Below are positions 52,224 through 59,063 of a stretch of 64,000 bases of DNA, piece after piece. This DNA comes from a bacterium (GTDB lineage: Bacteria > UBA8248). The notes under the pieces were generated by a model, which was given only the letters and a program-made list of their open reading frames with translations, ran no database searches and was not told the origin of the DNA. Where the stretch lies: NCBI GenBank assembly GCA_965261085.1, contig OZ253442.1:2432001-2496000 (forward strand), in the 5' to 3' direction. Within the stretch, counting starts at the first letter, position 1. Each line of letters begins with the position of its first letter. The position numbers were made by a program, and so were the translations under genes.

Positions 52224-52246
52224 TTATTTGGTCAATGGCCAAATAA
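52224..52246. promoter_or_regulatory. Operator-like palindrome upstream of the Cro-like gene
   Basis: TTATTTGG-tcaatgg-CCAAATAA (8-bp arms) in an AT-rich patch. Confidence 0.45.
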
Positions 52247-52422
52247 CATTATTTTTGAATGAGTTGCAAGGATTTGGTATGATGTGGTCCATGGCAATCA
52301 TTGGTGGATACGACAGGGTTCGAGGCGGTTGAAGGACGTCTCGTTGCGGGCTGGGCTGCGGAGGATATCAGCACAATAAGCCGACACGGGTAAAGGTTCG
52401 GCACCCCACAACCGGACTCTCA

Positions 52423-52601
52423 CTGACAGGAAGGCTCGAGTATTCGCGGGAGTTATAATGAATCCGCTTTCGTTTTGATTACATACAGCGGAAGGCGAAT
52501 TCTGAACGTGAGTGGGAACTACACATGTTTCCCAATGATATCAGCAGGATAATAGGATTACAGGGCCGACGAGAATGCCTCTCCGCCTCAATGCGGGTGG
52601 A
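52423..52601 (+). repeat. ~179-bp dispersed conserved element, copy 8
   Basis: CTGACAGGAA...TTCGCGGGAGTTATAATGAATCCGCTTTCGTTTTGATTAC...AATGATATCAGCAGGATA...ATGCGGGTGGA. Confidence 0.9.
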
Positions 52602-52718
52602 AAAAACTTATGCAGAGTTTTTTTCGTCTGCTATTTGTTCTTTCCATACTAGCCACTTGCCAGAGGACGTTTCTTCATTTTCTTGATGCCCGAGAGGGCC
52701 CACGAGGGAGACATTGCG

Positions 52719-53744
52719 ATGAAACAGTACTTGGCCACCGTAGTATGCGCGATTGTTGTCTTGGTAATGACCGCAAGCGCCGCGTTCGCCGCCAGCGCGA
52801 CGCTGGAGACGGTGAAAAAGCGCGGCAATCTCATTTGCGGCGTCAACACCGGCCTCACGGGCTTCTCCTCGCCCGACGACAAGGGCGTCTGGAGAGGTTT
52901 CGACGTCGATTACTGCCGCGCCGTCAGCGCCGCTGTTTTCGGCAATCCCGACAAGGTGACCTACAAGCCGCTGACCGGCAAGACGCGCTTCCCGGCGCTT
53001 CAATCGGGTGAAATCGACGTTCTCTCCCGCAACACGACGTGGACCTTCAAGCGCGACGTGAACCTGGGCTTCGAGTTCGTGGGCGTGATGTATTACGACG
53101 GGCAGGGCTTCATCACCCGCAAGTCCCTCGGCGTCAAGAGCGCCATGGAGCTCGACGGCTCTTCGGTCTGCATTCAGACGGGCACCACGACCGAACTCAA
53201 TCTGGCCGACTATTTCCGCAGCAACAACATGAAGTTCAAATCGGTCGTCGTCGAGGACGCGGCCGAGGCGCGCCAGAACTACGCCGCCAACCGCTGCGAC
53301 GCCTACACGACGGACCGCTCCGGCCTCGCGGCCCAGCGCTCCGTGCTCAAGAACCCGGACGCGCACGTGGTCCTGCCCGAAATCATCTCGAAGGAGCCCC
53401 TCGGCCCCGTCGTGCGCCACGGCGACAACGTATGGGGCGACATCGCCCGCTGGGTGCGCAACGCGCTCATCGTCGCCGAGGAACTCGGCCTCACTTCCAA
53501 GAACGTCGACGCCATGAAGAAATCGAACAACCCCGAGATCAAGCGCTTTCTCGGTCAGGAAGGCGACTTGGGCAGCATGCTCGGCCTCTCGAAGGACTGG
53601 GCCTACAACGTCATCAAGGGCGTGGGCAACTACTCCGAGATCTACGAGCGCCACATCGGCCCCAAGACGGCCATCGGCCTCGCGCGCGGCTACAACAACC
53701 TGTGGACGAACGGCGGCATTCTCTACTCGCCTCCGTTCCGCTAG
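52719..53744 (+). CDS. aapJ: General L-amino acid ABC transporter substrate-binding protein (AapJ/BztA)
   Basis: Signal peptide, then GFDVDYCRAV, LSRNTTWT, YYDGQGF, ISKEPLGP, VGNY.E.YER and GGILYSPPFR. A GAGGGAG SD precedes the ATG at 52719. Confidence 0.9.
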   Translation: MKQYLATVVCAIVVLVMTASAAFAASATLETVKKRGNLICGVNTGLTGFSSPDDKGVWRGFDVDYCRAVSAAVFGNPDKVTYKPLTGKTRFPALQSGEIDVLSRNTTWTFKRDVNLGFEFVGVMYYDGQGFITRKSLGVKSAMELDGSSVCIQTGTTTELNLADYFRSNNMKFKSVVVEDAAEARQNYAANRCDAYTTDRSGLAAQRSVLKNPDAHVVLPEIISKEPLGPVVRHGDNVWGDIARWVRNALIVAEELGLTSKNVDAMKKSNNPEIKRFLGQEGDLGSMLGLSKDWAYNVIKGVGNYSEIYERHIGPKTAIGLARGYNNLWTNGGILYSPPFR

Positions 53745-53778
53745 GCTGCTTCTGCAACCGGTAACATGAACCCGCTCC

Positions 53779-53801
53779 GCCCTCGGGGATTTCCCCGGGG
53801 C
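53779..53801 (+). terminator. GC-rich hairpin after aapJ
   Basis: GCCCTCGGGGA-tt-TCCCCGGGGC. There is no clear U-tract. Confidence 0.35.
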
Positions 53802-53841
53802 CGGGCGGCGCGTTTGCAATGAGTGGATCGGTCGTATAATA

Positions 53842-54028
53842 GCGACGCGTATTCGCCGGGATGCGCGGGAGTTTTAATTGCTTCGCTTTCGTTTTGATTA
53901 CATACAGCGGAAGGCGAATTTAGAAAGAGACTGGGAACGATGAAAGCTTCCTAATAATATCAACTGGATAAATGGATTTCACAGCCGATGGAAATGCCCT
54001 AACGCCTCTTCGCCTCTAAGCGGGCGAA
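53842..54028 (+). repeat. Dispersed conserved element, copy 9 (187 bp owing to an 8-bp internal duplication)
   Basis: GCGACGCGTA...GGATGCGCGGGAGTTTTAATT..CGCTTTCGTTTTGATTAC...AACGCCTCTTCGCCTCTAAGCGGGCGAA. Confidence 0.9.
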
Positions 54029-54109
54029 AGGCATTCATGTGCGATCCGTAAGGAGGAACACTTCCGGCCGCTCGCACCAACATGGCGCCGACCCGATGGC
54101 GGACACGAA

Positions 54110-54586
54110 CTACGGAGCATCATCAGGGACGCCGGCGCTTCGTCCCGTCCGGACCACCCGCCGCACCACCCACAACACCTTGTCGCGAATATGGACGTCT
54201 TCTGCGCGGCAGGGGGCGTGGCCGTTGTCGGCGGGGATGAGCCGGAGCCTCAGGCGTTCCTCCTCCTCGGCGCCATCGTCGTGGGCCGCCTCGACTCGTC
54301 TGGCCACGAGCCTCTCCCCGAGCCTGAGCAGGAACGCGCCTCCCGCCTCCGGGAGGCGGCTCGCGAGGTCGACCACGACCCAGTCGCCCTCGCGTATCTC
54401 AGGCTCCATCGAGTCGTCCTCCACGTCGAGGATGCGCAGGTGTGTGGTCTCTTCGCCTTCGTCGGTGCAATACGTCACCCGGAAAGGCTCGCCGGGCTCT
54501 TCATCTCCCGTGGCGGGACCCGGCTTGATGAGGTCTCCGGCCTGGGCCTCCCCGCCCGCACCGCCGTTGATGATGCAGTCCGTCAT
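54110..54586 (-). CDS. S24 peptidase-like protein lacking an HTH
   Basis: LRILDVEDDSMEPEIREGDWVVVDL. It is a paralogue of 39433-39993. Confidence 0.7.
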   Translation of the reverse strand: MTDCIINGGAGGEAQAGDLIKPGPATGDEEPGEPFRVTYCTDEGEETTHLRILDVEDDSMEPEIREGDWVVVDLASRLPEAGGAFLLRLGERLVARRVEAAHDDGAEEEERLRLRLIPADNGHAPCRAEDVHIRDKVLWVVRRVVRTGRSAGVPDDAP

Positions 54587-54735
54587 GGGAGTCTTTCTTG
54601 CGGGTCATCCAGGCAATCGGGAACTCCGCCACGACATCCACCGTCACACGGTTCCCGGCCATCCGTTCATGGCCTTGCGGCTTCGCGGGAGGGGCCGCTT
54701 TCCTCTACCGGCGCAGGGCGTCAGGCGCCTGTTCC

Positions 54736-55230
54736 TCACGGCCGCTTGACCTCCCACTCCACCTCGCCGAGGACCTCGACGTCTTCTGCGAAGCAGGGGG
54801 CGCAGGCGGGGTTGGCGGGGATGAGCCTCAGGCGTTCGTCCTCATCCGCGTCGCCGGGCATCGCCTCGGCCCTTCTGGCCACCAGCCTCTCCCCGAGCCT
54901 GATCAGGAACTTTCCTCCCGCCTCCGGGCGCCGGCTCTCGAGGTCGACCACGACCCAATCGCCCTCGCGCAACTCAGGCTCCATCGAGTCGTCGCACACC
55001 CGCACGATGCGCAGGTGCGTGGTCTTCACGCCTTCTTCGGTGCGATGCTCCACCCAGAAAGGCTCGCCGATCTCGTTGTCGTCATCTCCCGTGTCGGGGA
55101 TCAGCTCGACGGGTTCAATGAGCATGTCGTTCCCGTTACGGCCCGCTTTGGTGTCTTCCGTCATGGTGATATTCCTTTCCGGTAATCCGGGGAACCCGGT
55201 CCCCGATGTTCCGCGGGCCCTCGCCCGCAT
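54736..55230 (-). CDS. S24 peptidase-like protein lacking an HTH (start possibly ~55164)
   Basis: VRVCDDSMEPELREGDWVVVDL...LRLIPANP...VEVLGEV. Confidence 0.7.
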   Translation of the reverse strand: MRARARGTSGTGFPGLPERNITMTEDTKAGRNGNDMLIEPVELIPDTGDDDNEIGEPFWVEHRTEEGVKTTHLRIVRVCDDSMEPELREGDWVVVDLESRRPEAGGKFLIRLGERLVARRAEAMPGDADEDERLRLIPANPACAPCFAEDVEVLGEVEWEVKRP

Positions 55231-55299
55231 CCTTTCGCTTCACGTTCACGATTCCAGGAGGCGCGCACGGGATTGCCCCGGCAACCTCCCGGTCCACCG

Positions 55300-55640
55300 C
55301 TACCAGCGCTTCGAGCCCCTCAGGACGAGTCCGCTTGCGGGCTCACCGTCCCCTTCGGGTTCGGTGAGCGTGGCCTCGAGATTCAAGTCGAGCGAGGGGC
55401 CGAGCCGGAAGCGCGCTCCCGCGCGCCAGGTCTCCCCGCCCCCGGTGAGCGCCACGCCCGTATAGGGCGTCAGCAGGCCGCGCATCGCGTCCAGTCCGTA
55501 GCCCACCTCGGCTTCTAATCGCGCGTCGGGGTCGAAGCTCCCCCCCGCCACCGCGCGCTGCGACCAGAGGCGCTCCGTCCCGCCCGAGGCCGCGCCCCAG
55601 GCGGAGCCCACCCGCATCGAGAGGCCCAGGGAGAACCGTC
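55300..55640 (-). pseudogene. Autotransporter-like beta-barrel C-terminal remnant
   Basis: SAWGAASGGTERLW...RLEAEVGYGL...LTPYTG...WRAGARF...GSKRW* ends in an aromatic residue. The upstream part of the ORF is not protein-like. Confidence 0.6.
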
Positions 55641-56227
55641 CGATGGTCCGGGAACCCGCACGGCGGGCGCGTGATGCGGGCGGGACGGGAGGCGAAGCGG
55701 CCAGCGCGCGTGCGGAGCGGAGGAGACCGCCCGCAAAGCGGCGCCGAAGTCCGGAAGGGGAGCCGTGATGCGCTCTGGAACCGTCGTTCCCTGGAGACGA
55801 AGCTTTCACGGATGCCGTCATTGTCTCACCTTTCCTTTCATGTGGTGCGCCGCCGTCCCGCTACGGCCGCAAGACCGGCATCCGGGTCGTCCATGACTCA
55901 TGCTTGTCGGTGGGGGATTAGCTGGTATTCGCCGCCAGGGGATGCGAAACGCCCCTTCGGGCCGCCGGAATGCTCGCTTCCGGGCGCATCTGTGGCGCAG
56001 ATGCGCCCAAAAAGGCGCAAAACCCCGCCCGGACGGGCAGGGCCGTGATCGTTTCGGCACCCCAAGCCGGGCCGAAGGCCCGACTCCCGATCTAATCTTG
56101 AGGCTTGATGCGCTCAGTATATGACGACCCGGCGTCTCACGCAAATTCAGGCCTGTCGCCAACTTCCCTTGATATCCCATTCGTTCCCGTTTCTTCTTAC
56201 GTTCGTTTCACGAGGCGCCGCATAAAT

Positions 56228-56446
56228 CCCGCATGGGCCCGTACGACCAAGTCGAACGACACGGAGCCGGCCCGTGGTACGGAACCTGGCGCCTCCTGGC
56301 CAAAATATGATCACTTTCTAGGATAAACGATTCGGACACACCTTGTGAAACTCTAAATTCGAGGCCTGAGCAATAATTAAATTTGTGCAAATGCGGGGCC
56401 CTTGCGGGGTGGCGTTTCACGGGCCTTCCAGCCGGAAACGAAGCCC
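56228..56446 (-). promoter_or_regulatory. Duplicated ~220-bp upstream region, copy B
   Basis: Near-identical to 51086-51303. It lies between the LysR stop and the autotransporter remnant. Confidence 0.7.
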
Positions 56447-56456
56447 GGCGGACGGT

Positions 56457-57347
56457 TCAGGCCTCCTTCCGTATCCATTCCCGGAATACCCGGACTCCCG
56501 GATTGCGCCTCGACTCGGCCGTCGTGATGAGGCAGCACCGAGCGGGCGCTTCGGCCTGCCGCTCGAACAGGGGGACCAGTTCGCCCCGTTCCATCTCCCG
56601 CTCGATCACCCGCGAGTGTCCCATCGCCGTCCCCATGCCACCCACCGCGGCGGCGACCACCATCGAGTAGAGCCGGTAGCCCGACGCGCGGGAGAGGTCC
56701 GGCGAGGGTTTGCCCTGGCGCGCGAACCAGTACGGCCAGTCCGTGTCCCATCCCAGGTCGTACAGCAGGGGCCACTCGTGCAGGTCCACCGGGTCGGTGG
56801 GCCTCCCGCGCGCCTCGATGAGGGCCGGGCTGCAGACCGGAAACAGATCCTCCTCATAGAGCGTCTCCTCGTACAGCCCCTCCGGACGCGGCGCGGCGGT
56901 CTCGCCGACGTATGCGATCCAGGCGTCGAAATCGCGCGCCGCAGTGTCGACGCCCCGGTGGTTCGTCTCCAGCTCGATGACGACGCCGGGGTGGGACGCC
57001 TGGAAATCCGCGAGCCTCGGCATGAGCCACTTCTCGGCGACGGACTCGACCGAAACCAGTTTCAGCCGCCGTGTCCCCGAATCGCCTCGGCGGCGTTCCG
57101 TGACGGCCCCGAGCTCGGCCAGAATGCGCTGGACGTCCTTCAGATACGCCTTGCCGCGCCCGTTCAGGCGCACCCCGCGATGGCCGCGCTCGAACAGCGC
57201 GCCGCCGAGATGCGCTTCGAGCACCTTGACGCGGTAGGCGACGGCCGAGGGTGTGACGCTGAGTTCCGCCGCCGCCTTGGCGAAGCTCTCGCGGCGGGCC
57301 GCGACTTCAAAAAAGCGCAGGCAATCGAGCGGCGGAATGGGTGGCAT
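56457..57347 (-). CDS. LysR-family regulator (GcvA-like)
   Basis: PPLDCLRFFEVAARRESFAKAAAELSVTPSAV...LFER...WLMPRL. Confidence 0.9.
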   Translation of the reverse strand: MPPIPPLDCLRFFEVAARRESFAKAAAELSVTPSAVAYRVKVLEAHLGGALFERGHRGVRLNGRGKAYLKDVQRILAELGAVTERRRGDSGTRRLKLVSVESVAEKWLMPRLADFQASHPGVVIELETNHRGVDTAARDFDAWIAYVGETAAPRPEGLYEETLYEEDLFPVCSPALIEARGRPTDPVDLHEWPLLYDLGWDTDWPYWFARQGKPSPDLSRASGYRLYSMVVAAAVGGMGTAMGHSRVIEREMERGELVPLFERQAEAPARCCLITTAESRRNPGVRVFREWIRKEA

Positions 57348-57541
57348 GGTCGCGTAACTCCCAAGGGGAATGGTCGTCAGTTTGATCGGCTATCAGGATA
57401 AGGGTATTTCACGGGAGTTGTGAAACGCGATATTTTATGGCTACGGGATATTATAATTTGGGCAAATTCGGGGCCCTCACAGCGGGCGATTCCCCGCGCG
57501 TATTCCTGGAACGACCGGACGTGCCCAACGGACGCTTCCCC

Positions 57542-58618
57542 TCAGCGCCCCGGCGCTTCGGGCGCCTCGGAGAGCCAGGACCCGAGCTTCCCGGCATAGG
57601 CGAAGAGCGCCGGCTGGCCGCCGGTGTGGATGAAGAGCACCCGGCTACCCGCGGCGATGCGCCCCGCGCGCACATGGGCGATCAAGCCCGCCATCGTTTT
57701 GGCTGTGTAGACCGGGTCGAGGAGCAGCGCCTCGTGGCGCGCCGCCAGCGCCATCGCCTCGCGCGCCGCCTCGCCCAGCCGGCCGTAACCCGGCGCGAGT
57801 GCCCCGTCGCACACCTCGACGTCGCCCGCATCGAACGCCGCAGGACGGCCGATCATCGCCGCGAGTTCCGCCGCCAGCTTCGCCACGCGGGCGCCCTGGC
57901 TCGCGGCGTCGCGCCGCACGCATATGCCGAGAACCGGCGCCGTCCCGCCCAGCGCCCGCAGGCCGACCAGCAAGCCGGCGTGGGTGAGCGCGCTGCCCGA
58001 GGCGCAGACCACCGCGTCGAACCCGATGCCGAGGGCGCGGGCCTGTTCGGTAACCTCGCCTGCGGCCACCACGTAGCCGAGCCCGCCTAGAGGCGGGTGA
58101 CCGGGAGCGGAATGGATGACGTAGGGCCTGCGGCCCTCCTCGGCGAGCATCTCCCCAAGCCGCTTAAGCGCTCCATCCGCCGCCGCCTCGTCCTCGCCCA
58201 CCGGAAACGGGTGCAATGTCGCGCCGAGCACCCGGTCGAGCAGCAGGTTGCCCGAGGCGCGGTAGAGTTCGCCGCCCTCGGCCACGCGTTCTTCGAGCTG
58301 GACGTGAGCCTCCATCCCGAGAAGGCGCGCGCCGGCGGCGGTGAGGCGGACCAGGTTCGACTGCACCGCGCCGGTGACCAGCACGGTGTCCGCGCCGCGC
58401 GCCTGCGCCTCGCCGAGATAAAACTCGAGCTGGCGCACCTTGTTGCCGCCAAGAGCGAGGCCGGTGCAGTCGTCGCGCTTGACCCGGAGCTCCACCCCGA
58501 GCGCCGCGCCGAGATTCGGGGCGGCGTCGAGCGGCGTCGGCGCGTGGCCGAGCCGGACCCGCGGGAAGCGGGCGACCCCGGCAAGGGGGCCGGTCATGTC
58601 GGAGGGTTTCGGTGGCAT
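57542..58618 (-). CDS. D-cysteine desulfhydrase / ACC deaminase-family PLP enzyme
   Basis: PTPL, KRDDCTGLALGGNKVRQLE, GAVQSN, LDPVYTAK and FIHTGG. Confidence 0.9.
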   Translation of the reverse strand: MPPKPSDMTGPLAGVARFPRVRLGHAPTPLDAAPNLGAALGVELRVKRDDCTGLALGGNKVRQLEFYLGEAQARGADTVLVTGAVQSNLVRLTAAGARLLGMEAHVQLEERVAEGGELYRASGNLLLDRVLGATLHPFPVGEDEAAADGALKRLGEMLAEEGRRPYVIHSAPGHPPLGGLGYVVAAGEVTEQARALGIGFDAVVCASGSALTHAGLLVGLRALGGTAPVLGICVRRDAASQGARVAKLAAELAAMIGRPAAFDAGDVEVCDGALAPGYGRLGEAAREAMALAARHEALLLDPVYTAKTMAGLIAHVRAGRIAAGSRVLFIHTGGQPALFAYAGKLGSWLSEAPEAPGR

Positions 58619-59063
58619 GCATATTCCCTTTCCGGGGTGTGTCCCGCGCCGGAGGACTTTCGGTATGCGGGACCATATCGCAACCGGCCGGTTCGGCTCC
58701 AGGGTGAATTCAAGCAGATGCCGGGTGCGCGCGCAAGGGTCGCTCCCGCCGCGGCCGGCTGCTGATCGCCGCTCCGACGTAGGGGGCGCTCTTTCGGGCC
58801 GTCAACCGATCGGGCCGGATGCGGTGCGGGCGCCTGACGAGCGCAGGCGCCTCTCTGGTCGAAATGCAGGTCGCCGGGCGACGGCGTTCGCCGGCCATGC
58901 CGGAACCCTACACGCAGGGGCAACTCGCGGAACAGGGCGCCGCGGCGAGACTCCGCTACGGCTCGTGAGCGCGAGCGTAATGACCTTGCCGGGTCGATGG
59001 CCGGCATCATTTTTCTTTTATCATTCCTGATAATTTTGGTCCGGGGAGATTGGAAGCGGGTTT

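Noticed and set aside
10689-54028. CRISPR array or classical integron attC interpretation of the nine repeats
   Set aside because: The repeats are ~179 bp and separated by 0.8-12 kb. There are no cas genes or intI, no RYYYAAC...GTTRRRY boundaries, and the modules are multi-gene with their own promoters in both orientations.
10689-54028. MITE interpretation of the repeats
   Set aside because: The IR is not terminal on the left (homology extends ~35 bp beyond it), I see no target-site duplications, and all copies are co-oriented. Disfavoured, but not excluded without a genome-wide scan.
57481-57506. AGCGGGCGATTCCCCGCGCG as an inverted element fragment
   Set aside because: Short GC-rich match in GC-rich DNA, with no other boxes at the expected spacing.
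58620-59063. oriT candidate downstream of the relaxase
   Set aside because: There is a short AT-rich patch but no recognisable nic/IR arrangement. MOBF oriTs usually lie upstream of the coupling-protein/relaxase operon, which is outside this window.
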